A stretch of DNA of 44,839 nucleotides, from positions 71,835 through 116,673 of the forward strand of contig PS015257.1 in the NCBI GenBank assembly GCA_048213135.1, written 5' to 3'. The notes below the pieces were generated by a model. The model saw nothing but the letters and a program-made list of their open reading frames with translations, searched no databases and was not told where the DNA came from. Positions 1 through 13,108 of the stretch are shown here, in pieces. Positions within the stretch are counted from its first letter, which is position 1. Each line of letters opens with the position of its first letter. The translations under genes and the position numbers were made by a program. This stretch comes from Reclinomonas americana ATCC 50394 (Eukaryota).

Positions 1-279
1 GGAGAGAGGAGAGGAGAGGAGAGGAGAGAGGAGAGAGGAGAGGGAAAGGTTGGTGAGAAGGGCGAAGCGAGCAGGTGAAGGGAAACAAGAAGGGAAAGGA
101 ATACGAGAAAGGAGCGAGCCAGAAGGGAATGGGAAGAGGGAAAGGGAAGGGAAACAAAAAGTGAGGGGAGTACAGACACAGGCGAAGTGACAATGCGAAA
201 ACGTGCATGACGCTTGAATGTGCATAAACAAGTCTCAATGTCTGGCGACGAGCCGTTGCTATTCGTGACCCTCACAAAC

Positions 280-2708
280 CTGAATGTCGGCATTGTGATC
301 AAACACCACGTTGTTCTTCACCAGCTTGAGGACCTTGCGTCCCTCCGTGTCCAAATACAGCTTCGTGTGCTCCATGCTGTGCGAATCGACGCCATAGGCA
401 TACTTGAAGTCCACGTCACTGCGACGAGTGACACGCGTCAGTGGCGGTGACAAGTAATCAAGCTCTCATCCCAGCACTGCGCAACTCGGCACCCTCCGGC
501 AGAATCACACGCAAAACGTACTTACGCGCGGCGACCTTGGCCAGCGCCGAGGAGAACGGGTAACGCAGCACCATCTTGCCGTCGTCGGGACGCTGGAACA
601 GCACATCGTCAATCAGAGTGTTGTGGCCAAACATAATGTGCGTTTTCCAGCCGCCAAAGAGCGGATAGCGGGGGTACATGTTCAGCTGCCGCCAGGAAAA
701 CACAGCCGGTCAGACTGGCAAAAAAACAAGAGGATTCGTTTCGTGGTGACGCAACAATGGCTCCCTTGTCGTCAAAAGCAACGGCCGAGGACGACACGTT
801 GCCGATCTCGTCGCGGAAGTACAACCCGTAGGTGTTGAGCGGCATGAATGCCACTGTGCTGCGCATGGCGTTGGCGCTCCACGTTTCCGGGTTACGAGTG
901 TACTCCAGGCGAGAGAACGGCTGCTTCAGCCTGCACGCACCAAGAGAGTCAGCGTCGTGCACTGCGGTGACGATAGTGGCGCGAGGCCGACGCAACTTGG
1001 CGCCGACGTGCTTGATGGTGGCACTCTCCTCCACACGAATGTTGCCCCAGTGCGAGATCTCGATTTCGCGCTCGATCAGCGGCGCGACCAGCAGCGGCTC
1101 GTTGTTTTCAGTCTGAATGGCCAGCTCGGACTCGGAGAACGGGGCGACGCCTGCGGAGCGAGGGAGTGAGAGGAGGCGATGACAGAGGAAGAGAGACTTT
1201 TCTCCTGTGTAGACGCAACTGTCGTACGGTCCAAATGTCAGCTTCTTGCCGTCGCGCTTGCTCGGCTCCTTGGCCGTGAAATGCTCGACGCGAGTGGTCG
1301 CCAGGGTGACCTCGGTCTCCTGGCGCACAGTGCGGTACGGCGAGAAGAAGTAGTGGTTGCCGAGGAAGAGCACCGTCTGACGCTCGTTCTGCTCCATCTC
1401 CGACGGGTACGCATCAAAGCCCTCAATCAGCACAATCGTCACGCCAATGGCGGAGCGCTCGCCCGGGCCCACTGGCTCCTTCAGCAGCACGTCGTAGAAC
1501 TTGCCACTGTGTTGGGTTCGTGGTGAGGGAAGGAGAGGGATAGAGGGAGAAGGGAGGGAGAGAGAGGTGCGCAACTCCTTGACGACTTCCAACTCGGGCT
1601 CCGTCTCGGATTCCACGTGGAGGAAGGCCAGGCGTGAGAGCTCCAGGTCGTCGAATGCCAGCTGAGGGGGGAGGGGGAAAGAGTGAGGGAACGGAGGGGC
1701 AAGGGGAAAAGGGAGAGGGTGGAGCATATCAACAAGAGAATGGAACGAAGCGAGGTGAACGAGAGAAAGACGCGGAAGACTATAGGAGGAAACAGAGAAC
1801 GACGTGAACGAAATGCGAGCACAGCGAGCGAGTGCTGTGAGAAGGAAGACGCAGCGCGACAATGCAGCATTGCAACAGCATGCGCGATAGAGAAGGTGGA
1901 GCGAAACGAGAACACAGCGAGAGAGAAGAGACGAGTGCGGAGAGGAGGAAGACACCGTGTGTGAAAATGCGGCACTGAAAGAGAGCAGAAGGCAGAGCAA
2001 CAGTGGAAGATGAAACGAAATGAGAGCACAGCGAGAGAGAAGAGACGAGTGCTGAGAGGAGAAAGACACAGCGCGACAATGCAGCATTGCAACAGCATGC
2101 GCGATAGACAAGGTGGAGCAAAATGAGAGCACAGCGAGAGAGAAGAGGCGCACATGGAAAAGAGGAAGACGCAGTGCGGCAATGCAGCGTTGCAAATATG
2201 GCAGAGGATGAACACGAGCAACGATCGACGTATGACGAGCGATCATCACGAGGAGGAAGAGCGCATGAAGTGCAGGAAAGCCACGGAACAAAGAGAGAAA
2301 GAGAGAGAGAGAGAGAGAGCGAGAGAGCACGATGCCACCTGTCACGAAAACCTGCAATTCCTCCGCCACTCATGACACACACTCGGAATCGCCCCACTCA
2401 CACAGCACAAGCACAGACACACAAACACACTCAACTCGATACTTGGCCACCGACTCCTTTGCATCCTTGCTGTTGCGGAACCGAATCGAAATCTGGTACC
2501 CTATACACACACACACACACAAACACACACTCAGCACACACACACTCTCTCCCTCTCTCACACACAGACACACATACACGCAACGAGCGAGATTCCTGCT
2601 CAGATCCAACTTGCGTTCCACACGCTCATTCACAATCGCACTCTCCGCCACACACGCACACACAACAACAAGCAACACACAAACAACAAACACGCCACGT
2701 GTCATCAT
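280..2708 (-). CDS. RPN1: Oligosaccharyltransferase subunit ribophorin I (3' partial, runs off the window)
   Basis: Signal peptide MMTRGVFVVCVLLVVVCAC, then ribophorin I motifs (ENNEPLL..IEREIEISHWGNIRVEE, FSRLEY, YFRDEIGNVSSS, PRYPLFGGWKT, LPEGA, YLDTEGRKV). Frame-restoring GT-AG introns: 2501-2584, 1662-2435, 1507-1575, 1151-1219, 931-996, 686-755, 419-485; the next intron starts at 279. Confidence 0.95.
1815..2200. repeat. Imperfect intronic tandem repeat in RPN1 intron 2
   Basis: CAGCGCGACAATGCAGCATTGCAACAGCATGCGCGATAGA at ~1852 and ~2068, with a degenerate third copy at ~2170; interleaved GAGCACAGCGAGAGAGAAGAG copies. Confidence 0.8.
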
Positions 2709-2794
2709 CTCGTCACCACCTGCAAAACACAAAGAGAGAGAGAAGAGAGAGTGAGAGAGAGAGCGCAATGTCGACACAAACACACACAGGAAGA

Positions 2795-3355
2795 ATGTGT
2801 GTGTGAGTGTGTGTGTGCAGGAGTGTGTGAAAGAGTGTGCGCAAGTGTGTGTGTGTGCAAGAGTGTGTGTGTGTGTGTGTGCAAGAGTGTGTGCAAGTGT
2901 GTGCAAGAGTGTGTGCAAGTGTGCATGTATGTGCAAGTGTGTGTGCAAGTGTGTGAAAGAGTGTGTGCAAGTGTGTGCAANNNNNNNNNNNNNNNNNNNN
3001 NNNNNNNNNNNNNNNNNNNNNNNNNNNNNNNNNNNNNNNNNNNNNNNNNNNNNNNNNNNNNNNNNNNNNNNNNNNNNNNNNNNNNNNNNNNNNNNNNNNN
3101 NNNNNNNNNNNNNNNNNNNNNNNNNNNNNNNNNNNNNNNNNNNNNNNNNNNNNNNNNNNNNNNNNNNNNNNNNNNNNNNNNNNNNNNNNNNNNNNNNNNN
3201 NNNNNNNNNNNNNNNNNNNNNNNNNNNNNNNNNNNNNNNNNNNNNNNNNNNNNNNNNNNNNNNNNNNNNNNNNNNNNNNNNNNNNNNNNNNNNNNNNNNN
3301 NNNNNNNNNNNNNNNNNNNNNNNNNNNNNNNNNNNNNNNNNNNGTAGTGTGTGAG

Positions 3356-3412
<57 letters not shown>
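2795..3412. repeat. (TG)n / TGTGCAAG microsatellite spanning an assembly gap, inside a probable RPN1 5'UTR intron (2720-3417)
   Basis: Direct reading. Minus-strand donor AAG|GTGAGC at 3417 and acceptor TTTTGCAG at 2720, 12 nt upstream of the RPN1 ATG. Confidence 0.75.
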
Positions 3413-3414
<2 letters not shown>

Positions 3415-3510
3415 CACCTTTGTGTGTCGTGTGTCTTGTGACTGAGTGTTGGTTGATCAGTCATTCATTCTCTCTCTCTCTCTCTTTCTCTCTTTTGTTT
3501 GTTTGAGAGG

Positions 3511-3769
3511 ATGGCAAGTGCGTCTTCTGAGCGCTCATTAGTGCCTGTGGAGGTTGAGTATTGCCCGAGTTGCGTTGCTTTGCGTTGCTTGCATATAAAG
3601 GAGAGTGTGTGTGTGACATGTTTGTTTGTTTGTGTTTGTTTTTTAGATTGTGGAGTGCCGCCCGAGTATTGCGAGTTTATGCCGACGTTTAACAAGTGTA
3701 AGCCGTGGTTGCGTGAGCATCATCCGGAGTTGTATCCGCAGTTGTTGGCTGGTGAGTGTGTGAATGTGA

Positions 3770-3801
<32 letters not shown>

Positions 3802-3813
3802 TTGAGAGGGGGA

Positions 3814-3844
<31 letters not shown>

Positions 3845-3922
3845 TGTGTGTGAGTGAGAGAGAGAGACAGGCACACGCACACACCCTCTCTCTTCACATG
3901 CTNNNNNNNNNNNNNNNNNNNN

Positions 3923-3957
<35 letters not shown>

Positions 3958-5165
3958 GTGGACGCTCTATAACACACACGCTCTCTCACAAACACGTCTC
4001 ATTCTTCACACAATGCATGCGGTCTCACTCACTCTCACTCTCTCTTCATTCGCTCTCTTTACACACGCACCCTCCCCTGTCTCTGATTCACACTCACTTT
4101 CTTGCACTCTCCTCTTATAGACCCTCTCCCAACTCTCACTCGCGCACACGCACACACTCTCACGCTCTTCACATGCTCTCACTCTCTCTCTCTCTCTCAT
4201 TCTCTTCACATGCTCTCACTCTCATTCTCTGCACATGTTCTCACTCTCTTCCTTCTCTCTCCTTACACACACCCCCTCCCCTGTCTCTGATTCACACTTA
4301 TTTCCTTTGCACTCTTCTCATATACACCCTCCCAACTCTCACGCGCGTACACGCACACACTCTCATTCTCTTCACATGCTCTCACTCTCTCATTCTCTGC
4401 ACATTCTCTCACTCTCCCTCCCTCTGCTCCCTCTCCTCCCTCCCCCTCCCTCTTCTCCCTCTTCTCCTCACTTCCCCTCTTCTCGCCATCAGAGCGAATC
4501 AGTGTCGACGACGGTGCGTCGGGCTCCGGCGCTGCGGCCGTGGATGCTGCCGCCACGACGACGACGACGACGACCACCACCACCGCCACTGCTGCTGCTG
4601 CTGCTGCTGAGGACTCTGCGAGTGCTGCGGGTGGAGAGGCCAGTGGATCAGGTGCCACAGCCACTGCTGCTGCTGGGGGAGAGGGCGAGGTGGATGGCCT
4701 GGAAAAGTTCATTGTGGATGGCGAGGGAAGCGATGAAGACGATGCGCCGAAGAAGAGGAAGAAGAAGAAGGGATCGCAGGTGCTCAATCGCTCTCTCACT
4801 CGCTCACTCTCGTCCGCTCTCTCGCCGCTGTGCTTATCATCTTCGTGCAGCCCACGGGCAATCCCGAGGTGGTGCTGTCGTTTGAGCGCCGCAAGGGCAA
4901 GCGCATGGTCACGCTGATTGCGGGCCTGGAGCACTTTGGGTTGAACCTGAAGGACGCCAGCAAGGCGCTCAAGCGCAAGCTGGCGTCATCGGTCAATGTG
5001 ACGCAGAATCCGACGACGGGTCAGGAGGTGCTCGAGGCGCACGGCGACAAGTTTGGCGACCTGCTTCTCGGCATGATCACGGGCGAGTTTGGCGTGCCCA
5101 TTCAGCAGGTGTTTGTGATTCCCGACCGGAAGAAGATACCCGCGAGGGACTGGAATCCGCAGTGA
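3511..5165 (+). CDS. DENR: Density-regulated protein DENR/TMA22 (N-terminal Zn site, C-terminal SUI1 domain)
   Basis: YCPNCGVPPEYCEF...KCKPWLREHHPELY and VVLSFERRKGKRMVTLIAGLEHFGLNLKDASKALKRKLASS. Introns 3569-3646, 3752-4492 and 4780-4850; low-complexity Thr/Ala linker. Confidence 0.93.
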
Positions 5166-5391
5166 GGGGCGAGTGGATGAATGAGAGCGGGAGAGAGGTA
5201 CCGATAAGATAGAGTGAAAAAGCCAACAGTTGATGTTCAGTTGTGTTCTCTCTCCTTGCTGCTCCTGCTCGTGCTGGGTTTTGGAGCGAGTCTCCGCGCG
5301 GGTGTGTGTCTCCCTCCACTCTGTCTGCCGCGCGTGCCACTTTCTTCGGCAACGTGGACTGGTAGCGCCGCCACGTCTCTCCACTCAACAC

Positions 5392-7129
5392 TCAGCCGTG
5401 CCCGACAGTCACTGCCACAACTCCATCAGTCAACAGCTGCAGCAGCAGCAGCACGACACGTACGTCAATGCCCACCTTGCAGCAGCAGGCATGCCATGTC
5501 GCATGCCGTCTGCAACACAGCGTTCTTGACTGCCAACTCATCCCACACCACACACGTCGTCGGGAGTCCGCTCTCCCGCAACTGGCGCTGACGGCGGTCG
5601 ACTGTTTGTCAAGTCAGCAGCCTGCTTGCAGGCAGTCTCACTCACGACCGCAGACGCAACGCATGCCCGCCAGGTCCGACGTTCCACCGTCCAGCGAATT
5701 GATCATTAGCGTGCGTGGAATCGCCAGCAGGGCGCGAGCCAGCGCCTCGCCACCACACTGTGACACCACTGTCGGTTATCGAACATCGACCACGTCCAGT
5801 CGCTGTGTTTGCACCGTACCTCGTCTTCACCATCCCACTCTGCGATCTGCCGTCGCAACTGATCTGCCAACAGGAGCTCCGTGTCACCGTTGCCGGGCAC
5901 AACCTGCCGTTCATCGTCAATTGAGTAGCAACAACACGGAAACACATTCACACACATACCTCGGGCGTCAACATTCGTCTCCTTACGGCATCCAGAGCGC
6001 GTTCGGCACTGCGGGTGTGGTCGCCACACACCTCCACTGTGCTACCCCGCACCACCACCGAGCAGTGCGGCTGTGGCGTCCCCTCAAACACGACTATTCC
6101 CTCCTGCTCGCCAAGTCGAATGGTGCGCACACGCCCGACCGTCATCACCATGGCAGGCAGCGCGTCACCATCGAGTCGCACCTGCAGAGCGTGCGCTAGC
6201 CGTCGCATGTCGACAGTGCTCACGTGTGTGAGTACTACCAGGCCGGCGGCAGAGAGGTATTGCAGAATGGCGTCATGAACGCGTCCGCCGACAACCACCT
6301 GCGATCGCCACACAGCGTGTCATCATCGCTGCGCTTCATATACTCAGCTGTGTGTGTCTGTCACGCAAAGAACAAACCACGTTGGCACCGGTGTCAATCA
6401 CGGCCTGAGCCTGCGCCGCGTACACGCGATCTTCATCGCTCGCCCATGTCTGCAGGTGCTCCGGTGTGTCGAGGGAGGCCACCAGCGACGCCTGTGCAAG
6501 GAAGTGAGAATCGCGCATGTTTTTTGTCTCTCTCGTGGACTGCATGCACGCAGAGACCATGGTGCGATCCCGCTCCAACGCATCAGCTTGCAGCAACACA
6601 CGTGAGTCTCTCAACGAAGATTTCAGAGTCTGTTGTCGACAAGAGAGTGAGACCACAACAAGTGCGGAAGAAAGCAGTCGCAGCGCCAGACCCCGGATGC
6701 CAGTCGTCCCGATTGGACGAGCACACCACTGAACAACTCCGAGGCCTCCACGGTGCGACCCGACACGCCCACCACCTGCACACGTGCTCTCCACTGCTTA
6801 TCCCAGCCACCATCGACGCTCCTGACCTGCTCCACTGCTCGCACAAGCAGCGGTACGAGCTCCGCCGACGCTTCCTTGAGCGTGTACGCCAGCACACGCT
6901 CCACCAGAGTCTTCCAACCCATTGCATCAGCGCGGGAGACCACGGGAGCAACACAAGCGCGAGAGCAGTACCTCCTCACGCGATTCCACGCGCGACAAGG
7001 ACGGCAGCAACTCCTCGCAAAGCACATGACGGGCACGACGAAGACCGCAGACGAGCTTGTGTCGGGCGACGCCTCGACGACGCATCACCTCGGCGCTCTC
7101 TTGCCTACGGACGAGGGGGGGAGGAGATG

Positions 7130-7160
<31 letters not shown>

Positions 7161-7256
7161 AGGAGAAGGAGGGGAGGAAGGGAAGGAGGAGAAGGAGGAG
7201 GAGGAGGAGGAGGAGGAGGAGGAGGAGGAGGAGGAGGAGGAGGAGGAAGAAGAAGA

Positions 7257-7349
<93 letters not shown>

Positions 7350-7404
7350 NNNNNNNNNNNNNNNNNNNNGAGAGTAGTAGAGTAGAGAGAGACGAGAGAG
7401 AGAG

Positions 7405-7475
<71 letters not shown>

Positions 7476-8020
7476 AGAAGAAGAAGAAGAAGAAGAAGAA
7501 GAAGAAGAAGAAGAAGAAGAAGAAGAAGAAGAGGAAGAGGGGGAAGAATGGGAAGAGCAAGAAGGAGAATAAGGAGGAAGAAGAAGTAGGAAGAGAAGGA
7601 GAACGCAGTGAGAGACCGACTGGAAACGCAGAGGGAAGGGGAATGAGACAACTCAGTCTGCGCAACATAATGGCCTGTGTCAAGAGCACCACAGACGCGA
7701 CTCCATCACCACATTCACGATCGAGGGCTGAGCATGCACGGATAATCATGCGTGCCACTGGTCGCTGTTCCATGGCCGCGTATACTTGTCGCAAGAGATG
7801 CATGGTGGAGGCATGTGCAATGAGCGATCTGTGTGAGTGAGCGAGAGAGGAAGAAGAAGGAGAAGGAGGAGAAGACATAACAAGAAGAAGATGAAGATGA
7901 AGAAGACGAAGAAGAAGAGTTGCATTCTCACTTTCCATCCGGCTGAATGACGAGTTTGCCAAGCGCATTGGGACCTAAGCAAGTGGCCACCAAGTCGGCG
8001 AGAAGCTGCACGTCTTCCAT
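5392..8020 (-). CDS. Divergent group II chaperonin-like protein, BBS10/MKKS/BBS12 type (BBS10 most likely)
   Basis: Spliced N-terminus MEDVQLLADLVATCLGPNALGKLVIQPDGK..RPVARMIIRACSALDRECGDGVASVVLL; apical SVVVRGST; VVPGNGDTE; ALARALLAIPRTL; VVWDELAVKNAVLQTACDMACLLL. About 10 introns; the last exon and stop are uncertain. Confidence 0.7.
7130..7530. repeat. Compound (GGA)n/(GA)n/(GAA)n microsatellite inside chaperonin intron 7105-7666
   Basis: Direct reading; contains a 20-N gap. Confidence 0.95.
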
Positions 8021-8110
8021 GTGTCGGATTTGTGAAACACGACACGTCCTGTGAAGCTCCCTCCACTCCCTTCCTCGGAAAAAAACCTATCTCACTGCGT
8101 GTATTAATTA

Positions 8111-9844
8111 TCATCCTTCTCTTGGCGGCAACGGCTCATCGGCAACCTCACTCCACACTCCGTGCGGTCGCATGGCTTGGTCCTTGTTCTCGCCGGCAAA
8201 GTGCAACTGCAACGCCGCCACCACCACCACCCGCGCAATGAGCAGACGAAACGAATGCAGACACGCGCTCTCAGACACTGAGGACGAACCACTACGGCCT
8301 TGGCGGCGTCGATCTTGACTTCGCGATGCAGCAAGCCCATGTATCCGAACACGTGATTGGCACGGGTGGTGTCGAAGAACTCGACAGTCATGCGTGCCAG
8401 TCGCGCGTGGTACTCGGCGAGGAAGTTCATCTGGTCCTCCTCGAACCACTCCCAGTGCATGTCGATCATGTCGATCAGATGCGCAAAGTACCGCAGTGCG
8501 TACACCGTCGGTCGCGCCGTCCACAGCCCGCCGTTGAAGCACACCTTGCGTTGATTCTCGCGGCAGGCGTGATAGTCGCGCCACACGCACCCTGTCGGTG
8601 TGTAGTTGTAGATCGAGAAGCGTCGCGAGTGCAGCGGCGACTCCAGCACCGGTGACTGGTCACCCGAGCTGCCGCCAAAATTTGTCTGGCCGGCAAAATC
8701 CGCATCCGCCACGTGCGGCTCCAGCAGCGTCGTGAGGTCGCCGATCGGCACCGCATCGACATCAATGTAGAATGGTCGGTAGCCGGCCCGGATCATAGAG
8801 TACGCAATGACGAGTTTCTGCAGCGTGGAGATGTCACCGTTGAAGGGGCCAATGGGACCGCGGCCGACGTGCCTGGTGGAGACGAAACGCGAGTGAGAAT
8901 TGATCTTTGTGAATATGCCTCCCCGGTTGCGCGCCACATCACCATGTCGTGTCGGCCAGAAACACGTCGTCCTTGCTCAGATCGGTGACGCGTAGCACGC
9001 GGTCGTACGTGTACGCCGAGGTGCAGAAGATGAGCGGCCGCACACTCGGTTCGTGATTCTGTCGAAAGTGGAAGAGCCAGTTGCGCAGCATGCGTTCCCA
9101 GGCCTCGCCGGCGACGGAGTTTCGCAGAGTGAAGACGGTGAAGATGACCGGCTCGGTGCGATCGTTGGCCACACGAGGAATGCGCGCGAGATGCGCCGCT
9201 ATCCGTGCCACCAACTCCGTATCCTCGCGGAACGACGACACAAACAGCGACGATGGTGGTGGGGCAGTGGGGTTTCCCACGGCCGCGTTCGCCTCGCGCA
9301 GTGCCACTGGATCGGTCAGCACGCGCCACAAGTACGACTCGACCTGCTCGCACTTGGCCGGCGGCAGCAGGCCAGGAATGAACTCTTCGCCGACCGGCGC
9401 CTCCTTGTCGGGTCTCGCCGGCGGCTCCATCAGACGACCCCGGTCGGTGAACCCGGGCGCAATCGGCGAGCAATCGCACGGGTGCGGCGCTGAGATGCGC
9501 GATGAGAAGACAAATAGTCACAGCGTGCATCTATTTTCCCATCTCTCACCATTCTTCGGCACCGGCATCTCCAAACACGCCAACGCACAGAACGATGCAT
9601 GCGTGCCACTCGCTAGCGCCAACTGCTCACCGTACGCCCACCACGAGAAGCGATCGACGGAGGGTGTCAGTGCCTCCAGCTGTGACTGCGCCACCAGCTG
9701 CTCAAGTAGAAAAAAGGGGTCAGCAAAAAGACAGATACGAGAAAACCAATTTGCGATGACCTTGTGGCGCTCTGCAAAGACTTGCTCCATGACGCGATCG
9801 GCCTGCGCAGGCGCAGTGCATGAGCACGAGGCACAAACGATGAA
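8111..9844 (-). CDS. Nucleotide-diphospho-sugar transferase (GT77 / Nucleotid_trans-like), 5' end lost in gap
   Basis: MIRAGYRPFYIDVDAV (DxD), FNGGLWTARPT, EEDQMNF, and spliced C-terminus VVLHFAGENKDQAMRPHGVW. Four frame-consistent GT-AG introns. Confidence 0.75.
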
Positions 9845-10576
9845 NNNNNNNNNNNNNNNNNNNNNNNNNNNNNNNNNNNNNNNNNNNNNNNNNNNNNNNN
9901 NNNNNNNNNNNNNNNNNNNNNNNNNNNNNNNNNNNNNNNNNNNNNNNNNNNNNNNNNNNNNNNNNNNNNNNNNNNNNNNNNNNNNNNNNNNNNNNNNNNN
10001 NNNNNNNNNNNNNNNNNNNNNNNNNNNNNNNNNNNNNNNNNNNNNNNNNNNNNNNNNNNNNNNNNNNNNNNNNNNNNNNNNNNNNNNNNNNNNNNNNNNN
10101 NNNNNNNNNNNNNNNNNNNNNNNNNNNNNNNNNNNNNNNNNNNNNNNNNNNNNNNNNNNNNNNNNNNNNNNNNNNNNNNNNNNNNNNNNNNNNNNNNNNN
10201 NNNNNNNNNNNNNNNNNNNNNNNNNNNNNNNNNNNNNNNNNNNNNNNNNNNNNNNNNNNNNNNNNNNNNNNNNNNNNNNNNNNNNNNNNNNNNNNNNNNN
10301 NNNNNNNNNNNNNNNNNNNNNNNNNNNNNNNNNNNNNNNNNNNNNNNNNNNNNNNNNNNNNNNNNNNNNNNNNNNNNNNNNNNNNNNNNNNNNNNNNNNN
10401 NNNNNNNNNNNNNNNNNNNNNNNNNNNNNNNNNNNNNNNNNNNNNNNNNNNNNNNNNNNNNNNNNNNNNNNNNNNNNNNNNNNNNNNNNNNNNNNNNNNN
10501 NNNNNNNNNNNNNNNNNNNNNNNNNNNNNNNNNNNNNNNNNNNNNNNNNNNNNNNNNNNNNNNNNNNNNNNNNNNN

Positions 10577-10688
<112 letters not shown>

Positions 10689-10715
10689 CACTGCCTCTCC
10701 TGTTGTTCCGTGCAG

Positions 10716-12903
10716 TGTGGAGGAGGCGATTGCTCGTGCGTTGTGCTCCCTTGCTGCCTCTCTCCTTCTCTCTCTCTCTTACTTGCGATGTGTGTTCTGT
10801 GCAGGCTTGCAGAGTCTCGTGCCGATGAGTGAGGCCAGAGCAGTTCCCGGAGGTGTGCACTCTCAATCTCCCTCTCCCTCTCCCTCTCCCTCTCACTCGC
10901 ATATCACCAGTGGCCTCCAGTGTGCCTCTGTCGAATCGTTTCAATGCAGCCTCGTTGCGAGCTCAGCAGTCACAGCGATCGATAACAACAACAACAACAA
11001 GTGGCGTGCGACCGGCTGTTGTCGCGCCTTCTGTGGTGAGCACCCTGCGATGGGGTCAGTACGCGGCCAGCACCAACCTCGCCCTGTGTCTCCTCGACGA
11101 GACACTGATCACACTGGTCACTCATGGAGCCTCGGCGTTGCTTGCACAGTGCGTGTTCGCGTGCATAGACTAGGCGAAGGAGTGTGTGCGACTGAGCAGT
11201 GCTGCAGTGTTGTGTCGCGACAGCGGCATGAGTGGAGCGAGCGGTGGCGTGAGCTGTGCGACTCGGTGTTGTTTGATCAGGAGGCGCGTGGTTGTTTGCG
11301 AAAAGGGTGGCTCGTGTTGCGTGCTGAATGCGGTGCGTTGCAGGGTGACTTGTTGACGGTGCGCGATGTGCGGCGGAAGCGGCAGCAGCTGACGGAGATG
11401 ATGCAGTTGTCGTCGATTGTGTCGCTGTCGTCGCGTGGCCGCAGTCTCTTTCAGGCCACTGGGTTCATTGTCTCCATTCTGTATTATGTGGGCTCGGGTT
11501 CCCTCGGTTGCGTCGACGCCCGCAACATCAGTCTGGTTTTTGGGCGGTTTCTCACCCCGCAGCCGCACAGGTTATCGGTCGGCACTTGGTGGTTTGTTGG
11601 GACTGCTGAAGCGCAAGCGCATGCCGGTGAGTCGAAAATCTCCTGCACGACGTGCTGGTGTGCCCCTCACTGCTCTTGCGCAGAATCGTCTCGTGCACTG
11701 GGAGTTTGTGGGCCGCTGCTTCGTGTATGCCGTCAGTCGATGGAGTATTGCGGTGGGTGTGCAGTGGCTGGTTTCGTGGCTGTGGAACATGGTGGAGGAG
11801 GACGTGGTGAAGCGACCGACGAACGACGAGGTGCCTACCGATCACTTTGAGGAACGCAGTTGCGTGCCGTGTGCGCTCCTTGCGTGTGCACAAGGAGCTC
11901 AACGCCGTGGGTCGGGCAGCTCCGCCGGAGAGCCAAACCGGCGACTGCGTGACCAGTGTGGCCACGACGCGTGGTCATTTGACCAACATTGAGGATTTGG
12001 CGCGTCTCATTCTGCGTGACATGACCACTGTGCTGCAGAGATTACAGGTGCGCATCCTTCCACGATGTCTCCCTGCGTTCCTTACACTGACGTCTGCGTG
12101 TTTGTGATCGCAGAACTCGGTAAGCGGTGAAGACCGCGAAGCGATAGAGCAGCTACATGGCGACATGGACAAACTGCGGACAACATTGATGCTGGTGCAT
12201 CGGGGAGTGCTGGCGGAGGTGCGCTCCTCTCTCTCCCCCTCTAGCACACACAAATCTGTCTGTGTCTGTGTTCACACGTCGCCCGTACAGATGGAAGGAG
12301 AATCCGGCCGACTCATCCCAAGCGACGAGCTCGACAAGTACGTGACGGCGTGTGTGCGCGCCAGTCGCCAGAGTGTGGAGTGCATGCAACTGACACTCCG
12401 CGAGGGTACGCACGTCTTTTATTCTCCTCCTCATGCACTCTCCCATTTCCGATACGCACAGTCACGGAGCGCATGAGTTCCTCGTCGTCGCACGCGGCAC
12501 GCAGTGTGTCGTGGCAGGTTTTGTGCGAGCGCTGCTTGAAGATGGTGGCGCACCACGAACGAGAACTCGGTGCTCTGGGACTGCGATTGAGCGACCGCGC
12601 ACGCCAGCCGCCATCAAACGTGGTGACCAATTTGCTCAGCACACTCGGCGAGAGGCACGTGAAGCGCGCCCTTTCTCCGTCTCACACACTCTCTTACTCA
12701 TCGTGACGTCGCAGGCTGCCGGATCCGCTGGCCAATCATCCCAATCCAATTCTCCGCAAAGCCAGTCTGCACGTTCTCTCGCCTCTGCGACCGCTGGGCG
12801 GCGCGCTACAGTGGGCTTGTCAGGTGGTCTCCAGCTTCGCCACCTCCGCCATTCTCTCCATGGCCGATCTGTGAAACATTTTGTCTCTACCTCCGCCAAC
12901 TAA
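10716..12903 (+). CDS. Multi-exon hypothetical protein (5' partial)
   Basis: Chain of short open segments joined by ~60-nt GT-AG introns (e.g. RKRMP|NRLVHWEF, LQRLQ|NSVSGED, GVLAE|MEGESG). Stop is at 12874 or 12903 depending on the last donor; no recognisable domain. Confidence 0.55.
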
Positions 12904-13043
12904 TAAATGCATAACAGGGAGCTGGTGCGTGGAGATCTGTCGGCCATGCGTTTACCACCACTCGATTGCGCATACACGAACACACACACACACACACACC
13001 CAAAATAGAGAAGACAATTCGAATGCCGAGAGAGATGACAGAG

Positions 13044-13090
<47 letters not shown>

Positions 13091-13108
13091 GACGCGTGGT
13101 ACATGGGC

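Noticed and set aside
12655-12714. Possible GC-AG intron (AG|GCACGT)
   Set aside because: A GT donor 4 nt downstream also gives an open frame, and there is no homology to decide between them.
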